Source: an uncultured Verrucomicrobiae bacterium (GTDB taxonomy: Bacteria; Verrucomicrobiota; Verrucomicrobiia; Opitutales; JABDGR01). Taken from it: a stretch of 64,000 nt of DNA. Both the position numbers and the translations under genes were made by a program. The stretch covers positions 356,901-420,900 of the forward strand of contig CAVXVB010000007.1 in NCBI GenBank assembly GCA_963765205.1, written 5' to 3'. Below the pieces are notes generated by a model. It was not told the origin of the DNA. It was given only the letters and a program-made list of their open reading frames with translations, and did not search any database. Of the stretch, positions 9,079-22,583 are shown one piece after another (positions within the stretch are counted from its first letter, which is position 1; each line of letters opens with the position of its first letter).

Positions 9079-11943
9079 ATGCCCAAAATTGCCACGGCCT
9101 CCCGCAAACCAGCCACCCGTGCGCCCGCGAAAACCGCGCGCGTCAAGCCCGTCGTGGACGGGGTGGCTCCGGCGCGCCATGTCGGCAATAATACCCGGCC
9201 GATGCCACTGACGCGCGCGCCGATGAAGCTTTTCTCTGGTGCGGCCAGCCCGCATCCGGCCCCGGCCGCTCACAAACCCACCCCAGTGATGCCGCTGACC
9301 CGACCGCCAATGAAAATGCGCCCGGGGGTGGCCACTCTGCGGCCCCATTCTCCCAAGCAAATGCCCCTGACGCGCCCGCCGATGAAAAGAGATCCCGGCA
9401 CGGCCCCGCACCCGGCCACCGCGGTGCCGACCGACGCAGGTCCCGCATTCAGCGTGGAAGGCAGCACCCACGGCTTAAAAATCTCGATCCTTAACCACCT
9501 CAAATTCTCCCTCGCGCGCGACATTCGCACCGCCCGCCCGCGCGATTGGTGGCTCTGCCTGTGCCTGTCCGTGCGCGACCGCATCCTCGAACGCTTCATC
9601 ACGACCCAGGGCGCGCACAACCGCCATAACGTCCGCCGCGTCTATTATTTGTCCCTCGAGTATCTGATGGGCCGCCTGCTGCGCGACGCGCTGCACAACA
9701 CCGGCCTTTACGAACACGCGCGCGAAGCCATCGAGGAACTCGGCCTCAACTTCGAGCGCGTGGTGGACGAGGAAGTGGACATGGGCCTGGGCAATGGCGG
9801 CCTCGGGCGGCTCGCGGCGTGCTTCCTCGACTCGCTGGCAACGCTGGATTACCCGGCCGTCGGCTACGGCATCCACTACGAATACGGCCTCTTCAAGCAA
9901 ACCTTCGTCAACGGCCGGCAATTTGAACTGCCCGACAACTGGCTGCGCTTCGGCAACCCGTGGCAAATCGTCCGCCCCGAATACCGGGTCGAGGTGCCGC
10001 TCTACGGCAAGGTCGAATCGCACTTCGACTCGAAGGGCGACTGGAAGCCCGTCTGGGTGCCCGGCAGCAAGCTCCTCGGCATTCCGTGGGACATCCCCAT
10101 CCCCGGCTACGGCGCCGGCACGGTCAATTTCCTGCGCCTATGGGAGTCCCGCGCGCAACACGAATTCGATTTCCAGACGTTCAACCAGGGCGGCTACGTC
10201 GAGAGCGTGCATGAAAAGGCGATGGGTGAGACCGTCTCGAAGGTGCTCTACCCGAATGACAAGACCATGTCGGGCAAGGAACTGCGTCTGTTGCAGCAAT
10301 TCTTCTTTGTCTCCTGCTCGATGCAGGACATCATCCGCCGCTTTCACAAACAAAATGAAACCTGGGACGCCTTTCCCGACAAAGTCGCCATCCAGCTCAA
10401 CGACACGCACCCCGCCATCGGCGTCGCGGAATTGATGCGCATTCTCGTGGACGACAACGACCTGCCTTGGGACGACGCCTGGGCCATTTGTAAAAAGGTC
10501 TTCGGCTACACTAACCACACACTGCTGCCCGAAGCCCTGGAAAAATGGCCGGTGCCGCTGTTCGAGCGCGTGCTGCCGCGCCACCTCCAAATCATCTACG
10601 AAATCAACCGCCGCCACCTCGAGGAAGTCGAACGCAAGTGGCCCGGCGACGGCGGTAAAAAAATGGCGCTTTCCATCATCGAGGAAGGCGACCCGAAGAT
10701 GGTGCGCATGGCCTACCTCGCGGTGGCCGGCTCGCACTCCGTCAACGGCGTCGCGGAGTTGCACACCCGCCTGCTCAAGGAATCGCTCCTGCACGATTTC
10801 TTCGAGCTGTATCCCGAACGCTTCAACAACAAAACCAACGGCATCACGCCGCGCCGCTGGCTGCGCACCTGCAACCCCGAATTGGCCGCCCTCCTCGACG
10901 AAACCCTCGGCGGCGACCACTGGACGACGAAACTCGAACTCCTCCGCGGCCTCGAAAAACACGCCGGCGACCCGGCCTTCCAGGAGAAATTCATGGCCGT
11001 CAAGCGCCACAACAAGGAACACCTCGCCAAACTCATCAAGGTCGAATGCGGCGTGTCGGTGGACCCCACCGCGCTCTTCGATGTCCAGGTCAAACGCCTG
11101 CACGAATACAAGCGCCAGCACCTCAACCTCCTGCACATCCTCACGCTCTACCGGCGCCTCCTCCACAATCCGAATCTGGACATCGTGCCGCGCGTCTTCA
11201 TCTTCGGCGCCAAGGCCGCGCCGGGCTACGACCTGGCCAAGGACATCATCCACGCGATCAACGCCGTCGGCGCTGCCATCAACCGCGACCCCCGCCTCAA
11301 CGGCAAGCTCAAGGTGGCCTTCCTGCCCAACTACTGCGTCACGCTCGCCGAGCAAATCATCCCCGCCGCCGACCTTTCCGAGCAAATCTCCACTGCGGGC
11401 AAGGAGGCGTCGGGCACGGGCAACATGAAGTTTGCCCTCAATGGCGCACTGACCATCGGCACGCTTGACGGCGCCAACATCGAAATGTATGAGGAATTCG
11501 GGGAAGACAATATCTTCATCTTCGGCCTCACGGTCGAGCAGGTGAAGGAACTCTGGAAAAACGGCTACAATCCGTGGGACTATTACAACTCGAACGACGA
11601 ATTGCGCGGCGTGCTCGACTGGCTCGGCTCGGACTATTTCACGCCCGACGAACCCACGGCCCTCCTCCCCGTGCGCCAGTCCATCCTCGAGCACGGCGAC
11701 CCCTACCTCCTCTGCGCCGACTACGCGGCCTACATTGCCCGGCAAGCCGACGTGGACTGCGCCTTCCGCGACCGCCAAAAATGGGCGCACATGGCCATCC
11801 TCAACACCGCCCGCTCCGGCAAATTCTCCTCCGACCGCACCATCCACGAATACGCGCGTGAGATTTGGCACGCCCGCCCCTGCCCGGTCGGCCCCGACTC
11901 AACCCAAACCCGGATGCCCTTCAGCACGCAGGAAGGGCACTGA
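9079..11943 (+). CDS. glgP: Glycogen/starch phosphorylase with repetitive N-terminal extension
   Basis: [37 protein letters not shown] site [10 protein letters not shown]. Confidence 0.97.
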   Translation: MPKIATASRKPATRAPAKTARVKPVVDGVAPARHVGNNTRPMPLTRAPMKLFSGAASPHPAPAAHKPTPVMPLTRPPMKMRPGVATLRPHSPKQMPLTRPPMKRDPGTAPHPATAVPTDAGPAFSVEGSTHGLKISILNHLKFSLARDIRTARPRDWWLCLCLSVRDRILERFITTQGAHNRHNVRRVYYLSLEYLMGRLLRDALHNTGLYEHAREAIEELGLNFERVVDEEVDMGLGNGGLGRLAACFLDSLATLDYPAVGYGIHYEYGLFKQTFVNGRQFELPDNWLRFGNPWQIVRPEYRVEVPLYGKVESHFDSKGDWKPVWVPGSKLLGIPWDIPIPGYGAGTVNFLRLWESRAQHEFDFQTFNQGGYVESVHEKAMGETVSKVLYPNDKTMSGKELRLLQQFFFVSCSMQDIIRRFHKQNETWDAFPDKVAIQLNDTHPAIGVAELMRILVDDNDLPWDDAWAICKKVFGYTNHTLLPEALEKWPVPLFERVLPRHLQIIYEINRRHLEEVERKWPGDGGKKMALSIIEEGDPKMVRMAYLAVAGSHSVNGVAELHTRLLKESLLHDFFELYPERFNNKTNGITPRRWLRTCNPELAALLDETLGGDHWTTKLELLRGLEKHAGDPAFQEKFMAVKRHNKEHLAKLIKVECGVSVDPTALFDVQVKRLHEYKRQHLNLLHILTLYRRLLHNPNLDIVPRVFIFGAKAAPGYDLAKDIIHAINAVGAAINRDPRLNGKLKVAFLPNYCVTLAEQIIPAADLSEQISTAGKEASGTGNMKFALNGALTIGTLDGANIEMYEEFGEDNIFIFGLTVEQVKELWKNGYNPWDYYNSNDELRGVLDWLGSDYFTPDEPTALLPVRQSILEHGDPYLLCADYAAYIARQADVDCAFRDRQKWAHMAILNTARSGKFSSDRTIHEYAREIWHARPCPVGPDSTQTRMPFSTQEGH

Positions 11944-12134
11944 GGCGACGAAGGGGTGGAAGCAAATGGCTGATTACTAAATGCTGATAGCTGAACATTC
12001 AAAAACCCGATTACCATCGGGTGCAATTCAGACTGGGCAATGGTAGTGCAACAATTTTAATCCTAAAATTTTACTTTGGGATGGGGTCCTTCTGGCTTGT
12101 GGTTAAAGTTGCTTTATGCCTATTCGAAAGATAA

Positions 12135-12710
12135 ATGACAAATACAAACCCATTAAACACACCGCGAACCTTGGATGAGCAACGCCGCGAGTTTGCGCAG
12201 CGTCGTGGTTTGGCGATGCCTCTGGCTGGAGCGGTGGCTTGGACGATCGTCGGCGTGGCGGGCGTTTTTGTACCGCCTGGCTTGGAGGTCTGGGTGCTCT
12301 TTGGAGCCATCGGTTCCATCCTCTATCTAGGCATGTTCTTCTCCCGCTTTACGGGGGAGAATTTCTTGGACAAAGAGCGGCCCAAAAACGTGTTTGATGG
12401 GCTGTTTCTGCGCACCGTCGGCGCGGCGGTGCTGGTTTACGCCATCGCGATTCCCTTCTTTCTGGCAGACTACACCTCGTTGCCTTTGTCGGTTGGCATC
12501 CTCAGTGGTTTGATGTGGCTGCCGTTCTCTTGGATGATCGAACATTGGATCGGCACTTTCCACGCCTTGGCGCGCACCGCCCTCGTGACCGCAAGCTGGT
12601 ATTTGTTCCCAAGTTTCCGCTTCATCGCCGTGCCGGCAGTGATCGTGGCCGTTTATGCAGTGACGATCGTTGTCCTTGAAGCCCGCTGGCGGCGCATCCA
12701 CCGCGCCTAA
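12135..12710 (+). CDS. Multi-pass membrane protein (DUF7010-like from memory), passenger gene
   Basis: 191 aa with about 6 hydrophobic segments; lower GC than flanks; stop codon lies in GCCTAAC. Confidence 0.8.
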   Translation: MTNTNPLNTPRTLDEQRREFAQRRGLAMPLAGAVAWTIVGVAGVFVPPGLEVWVLFGAIGSILYLGMFFSRFTGENFLDKERPKNVFDGLFLRTVGAAVLVYAIAIPFFLADYTSLPLSVGILSGLMWLPFSWMIEHWIGTFHALARTALVTASWYLFPSFRFIAVPAVIVAVYAVTIVVLEARWRRIHRA

Positions 12711-12810
12711 CCGGGCGATGCAGCGAACCGCTGCCGCTCCGCATTATAGCTTTCGAAGGCTTCGCCGTTCAACCATGAGCGGCGCGCACCCTCCCCTCAC
12801 CAACGCTCGC
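12705..12810 (+). other. Truncated attC-like integron cassette site
   Basis: GCCTAAC (RYYYAAC) overlapping the stop, followed by CGGGCGATGCAGCGAAC; the GTTRRRY half is missing where the IS-like end begins. Confidence 0.5.
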
Positions 12811-12950
12811 TTCAAATTGTATCACTACCTGGGCAATAATCAACTTCACCCCGCTCTGCATCCTCAGTCGCTCCGCCTTTTCCAGCTTTTTCCTGATTTC
12901 GCTTGCACCGGCACACCGCGCGGCTAAATCCTGTCGAGGTTTTCGCTGCC

Positions 12951-13376
12951 ATGCTCATTCACCGCCCTGCCGACGAGGCGGACTTGGATCTCCTCGCCGA
13001 GTGGAACCACCAGCTCATCCGCGATGAAGGGCATCGCAACCCGATGACCGTGCTCCAATTACGCGAGCGGATGAAAGGCTGGCTGGCCGGCGAATATCAA
13101 GCCGTCATCTTCCTCGCTGGCGCCGAAGCCGTGGCGTATGCCTTGTATAGAGAGGACGAAACAGAAATTTACCTGCGGCAACTGTTTGTGCGGCGCGACC
13201 AGCGCCGCCAGGGCTTCGGCCAAGCCGCCCTGCGCATCCTGCGGACGCAAATCTGGCCCCGCAAGCGGCTGACCGTCGAAGTGCTCTGCGCCAACACCCA
13301 AGCAATCCAATTCTATCGCCGCCTCGGCTACCAGGACTATTGCCTCCGCCTGGAAATCGTGCCGGATTCTCAATGA
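12951..13376 (+). CDS. GNAT family N-acetyltransferase
   Basis: LRQLFVRRDQRRQGFGQAAL acetyl-CoA motif, N..AIQFYRRLGY. Confidence 0.88.
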   Translation: MLIHRPADEADLDLLAEWNHQLIRDEGHRNPMTVLQLRERMKGWLAGEYQAVIFLAGAEAVAYALYREDETEIYLRQLFVRRDQRRQGFGQAALRILRTQIWPRKRLTVEVLCANTQAIQFYRRLGYQDYCLRLEIVPDSQ

Positions 13377-13505
13377 AAGCGCGTCCCGTTATCCTTAGTG
13401 GCCTCAGTCGCTTCCGTCGCCTCCGCTTTTCCTGATTTCGCTTGCCCCGGCGCGCCGCGTCGCCAAAACTTGCCGGAATTTTTCGCCGCTGTTGCCCGCT
13501 CCGCC

Positions 13506-16736
<3,231 letters not shown>

Positions 16737-16792
16737 GGATGGAAAGGGGTTTTGCCTTGAAAAAATTCGGCATACACGTATCATGCACGCAT

Positions 16793-17023
16793 ATGGTCAG
16801 GAAATTAACAATTACTGTCGAAGAGGATGTTTACCAAGGACTTCATGAAGTCATGGGGCGGGGGCATATTAGTAGTTTTATCGAAAAGCTCGTCCGGCCG
16901 CACGTCCTTAAGCGCGATTTGACCGCAGCCTATCAGGCGATGGCCCAAGATGAAGCCCGTGAGCGCGAAGCTTTGGAATGGGGCGAGAACCTCATCGGAG
17001 ATGCCTTTCATGAAGCGCGGTGA
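16793..17023 (+). CDS. Addiction-module antitoxin
   Basis: 76 aa MVRKLTITVEEDVYQGL...AYQAMAQDEAREREALEW; overlaps the toxin start. Confidence 0.8.
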   Translation: MVRKLTITVEEDVYQGLHEVMGRGHISSFIEKLVRPHVLKRDLTAAYQAMAQDEAREREALEWGENLIGDAFHEAR

Positions 17024-17160
17024 AGTCTGGTGGGTGAATTTCGATCCCTCGGTGGGTGGCGAGATTCGCAAGCAGCGCCCCGCCGTGATCATCAGCAATT
17101 ATTCGGCCAATCGCTTTTTAAACCGCGTGCAGGTTGTGCCGATGAGCAGTCAGATGGGCG
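17010..17160 (+). pseudogene. mazF: PemK/MazF toxin, truncated after ~50 codons
   Basis: MKRGEVWWVNFDPSVGGEIRKQRPAVIISN...VQVVPMSS, then similarity is lost and the frame runs into birA. Confidence 0.75.
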
Positions 17161-17199
17161 TTCGGGCATCTTCCGGTTGGGTGAATCCGAAAAATTCGA

Positions 17200-18264
17200 T
17201 CATGCGTGAGACGATGCAGCCCCAAATGGCTTGCCCGCATTCAGCAAATAACCGCCCACGGTCACGTCGCCGGATTGGATGAGGCGGGTCGCGCCATCGG
17301 GCAGCGCCAGACGCAGCGCGCCGCTCGGGTCGAGGCCCGCCGCGCGGCCTTTGATTTCCCCGGTTGGCAGCGTGACGGTGATTTCGCGCCCGCGCAACGT
17401 GTCGTAGCGACTCCACAGTTCATCGAATTCCGCCTCGCAGCGCCCCGCGATAAAATCCGCGTAAGCCCGCGCGCCGGTGAGGACGACGTCCGCCGCGACC
17501 GCATTGATCGGCAGCGGCTGCCCGTGGTTGAGTTGTTGGAGCGTCCCGGCCACCCGCGCCGCCGCCGCGCTCCGCGCCCCGCCGGCCCATTTCGCCGGGT
17601 CGCCGTTGACGTTGAGGCCGAGGCCGCAAATCAGCTCGCGCATCAAATCGGCGTCCATGCGCGCCTCCGTCAGCAGGCCGGCGAGCTTGCGGCCGTCATG
17701 GACCAAATCGTTCGGCCACTTTACGCCGACCGGCAGGCGGAAATTTTCGTTGAGCATCCGGCACAGGCGCAGCGCCATCCACAGCGTGAACTTCGGCATC
17801 CGCGCGGGCGGCAATTGCGGGCGGAAGGCGAAGCTTAAATACAAGCCGCCCGCCTCCGCGCTGTGCCACACGCGCCCCAACCGCCCGCGCCCCGCCGTCT
17901 GCCGCGCGGCAAAAACCACAAAAGGTGCGCGCGCTCCGGCGGCCAGGCGCCGCTCGGCCTCGAGGTTCGTGCTGTCAATCTCGGGCAGGAAAATCACGTC
18001 GAGGCCCGGCGGCGTTTTCGCGCGGTGGCGCAGCCGGATATACGCGGCGAGCACGGCAGGGTGCAGCGCCGCCGGCTCCGCGCGCAACCGGTAGCCGCGC
18101 CCGCGCACCGCCTCGCAGGCCAGCCCCTCGGCCCGCAATTTTTTCAACCGCGCCCACACGCTCACGCGCGACACGCCGAGCCGCCGCGCCAGCTCCTCGC
18201 CGGACACAAAGCCCCTCGGCCCGGCATCGAGCAAAGCAGTCAACAGCGTGGTCGGGTCGGGCAT
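17200..18264 (-). CDS. birA: Bifunctional biotin ligase/repressor
   Basis: N-terminal HTH (SGEELARRLGVSRVSVW), DSTN, QTAGRGRLGRVW, KWPND, KLAGLL. Confidence 0.95.
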   Translation of the reverse strand: MPDPTTLLTALLDAGPRGFVSGEELARRLGVSRVSVWARLKKLRAEGLACEAVRGRGYRLRAEPAALHPAVLAAYIRLRHRAKTPPGLDVIFLPEIDSTNLEAERRLAAGARAPFVVFAARQTAGRGRLGRVWHSAEAGGLYLSFAFRPQLPPARMPKFTLWMALRLCRMLNENFRLPVGVKWPNDLVHDGRKLAGLLTEARMDADLMRELICGLGLNVNGDPAKWAGGARSAAAARVAGTLQQLNHGQPLPINAVAADVVLTGARAYADFIAGRCEAEFDELWSRYDTLRGREITVTLPTGEIKGRAAGLDPSGALRLALPDGATRLIQSGDVTVGGYLLNAGKPFGAASSHA

Positions 18265-18305
18265 GGGCGAGGGGAATTAAGAATTAGGATTTAAGAATTA
18301 AGAAG
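18265..18305 (-). repeat. (TTCTTAA)n heptamer leader upstream of birA
   Basis: Near-identical inverted copy at 20931-20969. Confidence 0.8.
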
Positions 18306-18346
18306 TGGAACGCAAGAAACGTACGCTGTAAAGCTCGGTTGTTCGA

Positions 18347-19390
18347 TTACTTAACCACGCCGGCGCGTTCCCGAATCCGCCCCACCGCCCACTGGGCGTG
18401 TTCGGCGATGATGGGGTCGGGGTCGCATGCGGCGATGTTGAGCGCGGGCAGGTCGTCCGCGCCGCCGATGTTGCCGAGGACGATGGCGGCATTGCGCTTA
18501 AGGCGGGGCAATTTCAGGCGGGCGAGCGGTGTTCCTTGCGTGTGCGCGCGGAAATCGTCCTCGTTACACGCCAGCATCGCGCGCAGATCGGGATACTCAC
18601 GCGGGGCCAGCGCCGCTTCGCGCGTGGCGACCGCCCATTTGTTCCACGGGCAAACGTCAAGGCAGTCGTCGCAGCCGAACAGCCGGTCGCCGACGGCGGC
18701 GCGGAATTCCTCCGGGAGGGGGCCGTGGTGCTCGATGAGCAGGTAGGCGAGGCAGCGCCGCGCGTCGAGTTGGTAGGGCGCGGTGATGGCGCGCGTCGGG
18801 CACACGTCCACGCACGCGGTGCAGGCGCCGCAATGGTCGCGCATCGGCTCGTCGGGCGGCAATTCGAGCGTGGTGGCGACCACGCCGAGCAGCAGCCAGG
18901 TGCCGAGCTTGGGATGAATGAGCAGGGTATTTTTCCCCTGCCAGCCCAGCCCGGCCTGGGCCGCGAGCGGCTTCTCCAAAATCGGCCCCGTGTCCACGTA
19001 GGCGCGGCTTTCGCCGCCGTGTTCGCGCACCACGGCCGCGAGTCGGCGCAGGCGCTTGAGCATGAGGTTATGGTAGTCCCGCCCCAGCGCATATTTGGCG
19101 ATGCGGTAGCGCCGCGGCGGCTCCGTCTGATAATAATTCATCCCGACAAATATTAAACTCTTCGCCCGCGGCCCGCCCTCCGGCGCGGTCAGCAATTTCT
19201 CCGGCGCGAGCCGGCGGTCGTTGTTGCGCTCCAGCCACGTCATGCCGGCATTTTGCCCCTCGGCCAGCCAGCGCGCAAAATACTCCCGCCGCAGCGGCGC
19301 GCTCGTGGCCGCCACGCCGAACGCGGCGAAGCCCAGCCGCGCCGCCTCCGCGCGCAGGAGTTCCTTGAGTTGCACCGGGGAAACCGCCAT
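18347..19390 (-). CDS. queG: Epoxyqueuosine reductase
   Basis: YALGRDYH, YVDTGPILEK, CGACTACVDVCPT, FGCDDCLDVCPWN. Confidence 0.95.
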   Translation of the reverse strand: MAVSPVQLKELLRAEAARLGFAAFGVAATSAPLRREYFARWLAEGQNAGMTWLERNNDRRLAPEKLLTAPEGGPRAKSLIFVGMNYYQTEPPRRYRIAKYALGRDYHNLMLKRLRRLAAVVREHGGESRAYVDTGPILEKPLAAQAGLGWQGKNTLLIHPKLGTWLLLGVVATTLELPPDEPMRDHCGACTACVDVCPTRAITAPYQLDARRCLAYLLIEHHGPLPEEFRAAVGDRLFGCDDCLDVCPWNKWAVATREAALAPREYPDLRAMLACNEDDFRAHTQGTPLARLKLPRLKRNAAIVLGNIGGADDLPALNIAACDPDPIIAEHAQWAVGRIRERAGVVK

Positions 19391-19426
19391 GCCGCCAGCC
19401 TAACGCCTCGTCGCAAATTTGGCAGT

Positions 19427-20836
19427 TTAATTAGCGGGCTGCGCCGGCGCAGCCGGTGCGGGTTTTTGAAGCTCCAAAGCCAGCGTGGGTTGTTCCTTGT
19501 CGGTAAAGGGATCAACGTCGTCCGGATTGGGCACGGATTTAACCAAATACTTGCTGCCCCCGTTGTCTTTGAGCGAAACACCGACGGAATAAACCAGGCC
19601 CCGCGCCGCATCGTAGCGCAACGGCTGGCCGTCAAAGGGGTCCATTGGCACTTCGGGAATATATTGCGGCACCAGCTCGGCCAGTTTCGCCGGCAGGGCG
19701 TGGTGGTCGTCGTAATAGTGGCGCAGGGCAAAGCCGGCCTGCATTAAGCGATCGGTCGCGGTAGCTTGATATGCCGTTCCAAGAATGCTAGCAAGTTGCG
19801 GCAAGTTGATGGAGAGAAAATAGCGACCTCCTCCATTGGGCAATAGAATTTCCCACGGCGATATTTTCCTGTCGGCTTCGGTCAACGCCTCCGACTTTTC
19901 CCGTAGCAACGCCGCATAGGTTAATTCGGCCCCGGTTACGCCGGCCCGAAAATATTCCGCGGTTATATATCTCGTCTCGTTAAGCTTGATATTGGATACA
20001 ATGAGACGCCAAGCCCAATTGTCTTGGCTGTCACTCAGCTTGGCGACGACTTCCGGATGTATCATTGCTGTGTTTAGGCACGCAAGAGAGTATTGGTATT
20101 CGAGTCGAAAGGCTTGTTGATAACAGGGAGTCCAATCAGTTTCTTGCCCAAAAACATGGGCGAGGGAAGCAATCATGGCGGAAGAAGCTTGGGGATCGTT
20201 CAACCAGCGTATGGCTTCCCTTTGTACCAAATGGTTAATAGTCACGGCGGTAAGCGCATGGAGGATCATGCCATGACTTCCTGCCAAACGGTCACTCAGT
20301 TGTTTGGCCAGCAGGATTTGTCGCACGGCGGTTTCATAATCGCCTAGATTCTTGGCCTGCCGCGCCGTGAGTAGCAAAGACTTGCCGCTGTTGAGCAAGG
20401 GTGCGACAGGAGCCAGAGTATCAACATGCACTTGACTTGAAAATTCAAAGTAAGGTTGCGTAACGGCGGCCTCGACTTGGGCCAGCGCCGGTTGCGCCTG
20501 AGCCAAAAACGCGGAGATGAGTGCCTCGTTCGCCTGTTCGCCCAATAGAATTTTCCTCGCGGTTTCATCATCAACATCATGGGCATTAGCGAAAAGGACA
20601 AAGTCGAGTTGGGCAAGAGTGGATTTATCGAATTTCTCAATCGCATGTAGGCCATTCTGTTGGTCGGGCACGGTGGGGCTGGTGACCAGCAAGTCTGCGT
20701 CGTCGGGCAACGTCCTATCGTAGACGTAGACATATCCGATGGCACTATAGATGGCCACGGCAAAAATCACCGCCCCCGCCAGCAACCACAGCAGGGCGCG
20801 GTTGCGGCGCGGTTTTGGTTTGGGGGTGGCGGCCAT
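19427..20836 (-). CDS. Hypothetical membrane-anchored protein (PVC-type, C-terminal DPFDGQPLRY..YSVG..DNGG motif)
   Basis: Long ORF with an N-terminal TM helix; start chosen at MAATPKP. Confidence 0.75.
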   Translation of the reverse strand: MAATPKPKPRRNRALLWLLAGAVIFAVAIYSAIGYVYVYDRTLPDDADLLVTSPTVPDQQNGLHAIEKFDKSTLAQLDFVLFANAHDVDDETARKILLGEQANEALISAFLAQAQPALAQVEAAVTQPYFEFSSQVHVDTLAPVAPLLNSGKSLLLTARQAKNLGDYETAVRQILLAKQLSDRLAGSHGMILHALTAVTINHLVQREAIRWLNDPQASSAMIASLAHVFGQETDWTPCYQQAFRLEYQYSLACLNTAMIHPEVVAKLSDSQDNWAWRLIVSNIKLNETRYITAEYFRAGVTGAELTYAALLREKSEALTEADRKISPWEILLPNGGGRYFLSINLPQLASILGTAYQATATDRLMQAGFALRHYYDDHHALPAKLAELVPQYIPEVPMDPFDGQPLRYDAARGLVYSVGVSLKDNGGSKYLVKSVPNPDDVDPFTDKEQPTLALELQKPAPAAPAQPAN

Positions 20837-20930
20837 GCCCCAGCGTAACACTCGGCGAAATTCCGAGTAAAGAAGGAATAAGCAACGTCCAGCATCGCGT
20901 GGCCTGATTTTCCCGACCCCGCCCTTTTTC

Positions 20931-20969
20931 CTTCTTAATTCTTAAATCTTAATTCATAATTCCCCTCCC
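20931..20969 (+). repeat. (TTCTTAA)n heptamer leader upstream of cls
   Basis: cttcttaattcttaaatcttaattcataattcccctccc-ATG. Confidence 0.8.
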
Positions 20970-22454
20970 ATGCTCGCCGCCATTTCCACTGCCCCCGCCG
21001 TCTTGCTGGCCGAGCCGGCACATTGGGCGCACGACGTGTGGCTGATCGCCCTGGATTTGCTCGGGCAGCACTTGCGCATCTTCATCGGCTTTGTGCTGGC
21101 GCTGCTGATTGGCGCGCGGCTGATGCTGGAAAAACGCACGCCGAGCAACGTGTTCGCCTGGGGGCTGCTCATTTTTTTCATCCCCTGGCTCGGCGTGCCG
21201 CTGTATTTTTTGTTTGGCGGCTACAAAATCCGCGGACTGATGCGGACGAAGCTCCAGGTCAACGCCTTCGCCGTGCAACTGGCCGCGGGCCTCGCAGTGG
21301 TGTCGCCGCCGCCGGCCAGCACGCGGGCGCTGGTTTCGTCCCGGCGCAAGTTCGCGCACAATTCCTTCGCGATGCAGCCCGACGGCGTCACGGCCTTCCA
21401 GGCGCTGCGTGCGGAAATCGCCCGCGCTGAAAAAACAATCCATTTACAAACCTTTATTTTCGGGCACGACGAGCCGGCGCGCCAGATCATGGATGATTTG
21501 ACGGCCCGCGCCCGCGCCGGCGTCGAGGTAAAGCTCCTGCTCGATTCGCTCGGCAGTTTCGGCGCATGGGGGCGATTGGCCGGGCCGCTGCGGCGCGCGG
21601 GCGGGCGCGTGGTGCGCTTCCTGCCCGTGCTGCCGCTGCAAACCAAAGGCTCGGCCAATCTGCGCAACCACCGCAAGTTCGCGATTTTCGACCGCGAGCG
21701 CGTCCTCGTCGGCGGCCAGAACATTGACCGGCGCTTCATGGACGCCCACGAAAACCCCGGCCTCTTTGTGGATTTCGGCGCGCTGATCGCGGGGCCGGTC
21801 GCGGCGGAGTTCAACCGGAATTTTGTCAGCGACTGGTGCTTTGCCTCCGGCGATTCGCCGCGGGATTTTAGCGACTTGCTCGCCTACGCGCCCCCCGCGC
21901 GCGGCGACGAGCAGGTCGAGGTCGTCGCCAGCGGGCCGGACGTCGCGGGCGACGTGCTCTGGGAACGCCTGCTGATCCTGACCCAGCAATGCAAGCGCGA
22001 GCTGACGATTGTAACGCCCTATTTCATCCCCGACGAGGTGCTGTTCCGCTCGCTGCTCATCCAGGCGCACCTGGGCCGGCGCGTGCGGCTGATTCTGCCG
22101 GAAAACTCGAACCACCTCCTCGCTGATTTCGCGCGACACTATTATTTGCGCCAGTTGCACGACGCCGGGGTCGCGGTGCTGCTCTACCGCCCGAAGATGA
22201 TGCACGCCAAACTTGTGCTGGTGGACGGCGAAGTCGCGCTCATGGGCTCGGCCAACATGGATTTGCGCAGCTTGTTCGTCAATTTCGAGATCGGCGTATT
22301 TCTCTATTCGCCCGAACCCATCCGCCAACTGACCGCGTGGACCGAGACGATTTGCCGTGATTGCGTCACCTACCTCGATTCCGGCCACGCCGGCGCCGGG
22401 GCCAACCGGCGGCTCATGGAGGATTTCGCGCATTTGCTCGGGCCGCTGTTGTGA
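20970..22454 (+). CDS. cls: Cardiolipin synthase (PLD family)
   Basis: N-terminal TM/PLDc_N region, two HKD motifs HRKFAIFD and HAKLVLVD. Confidence 0.92.
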   Translation: MLAAISTAPAVLLAEPAHWAHDVWLIALDLLGQHLRIFIGFVLALLIGARLMLEKRTPSNVFAWGLLIFFIPWLGVPLYFLFGGYKIRGLMRTKLQVNAFAVQLAAGLAVVSPPPASTRALVSSRRKFAHNSFAMQPDGVTAFQALRAEIARAEKTIHLQTFIFGHDEPARQIMDDLTARARAGVEVKLLLDSLGSFGAWGRLAGPLRRAGGRVVRFLPVLPLQTKGSANLRNHRKFAIFDRERVLVGGQNIDRRFMDAHENPGLFVDFGALIAGPVAAEFNRNFVSDWCFASGDSPRDFSDLLAYAPPARGDEQVEVVASGPDVAGDVLWERLLILTQQCKRELTIVTPYFIPDEVLFRSLLIQAHLGRRVRLILPENSNHLLADFARHYYLRQLHDAGVAVLLYRPKMMHAKLVLVDGEVALMGSANMDLRSLFVNFEIGVFLYSPEPIRQLTAWTETICRDCVTYLDSGHAGAGANRRLMEDFAHLLGPLL

Positions 22455-22583
22455 GGTCAAACTGGCCCAGCGGCGCTGTCCCTGTCGCGTTCTTGTAACT
22501 TGATTCGCGTGCTAATGCCTTGCGGCGGCGCGGCGTTGCCCTCAATGTCAGTGGGTTGGCGTTGATGTCTTCGTTGACCGTGT

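Larger units (their letters stand above)
12042..12829. mobile_element. Non-autonomous 788-bp element with IS1-like terminal inverted repeats and an 8-bp target-site duplication
   Basis: Left end GGTAGTGCAACAATTTTAA, right end TTCAAATTGTATCACTACC; TGGGCAAT at 12034-12041 and 12830-12837; no transposase inside. Confidence 0.8.

Noticed and set aside
10138..11871. Long antisense ORFs (also 2067-3587, 24218-26176, 39037-41157, 47536-49242)
   Set aside because: Shadow frames of high-GC genes on the opposite strand
22458..22475. TCAAACTGGCCCA resembling another IS1-like end before ackA
   Set aside because: The terminal CTACC is missing, and no partner end or duplication was found after xfp
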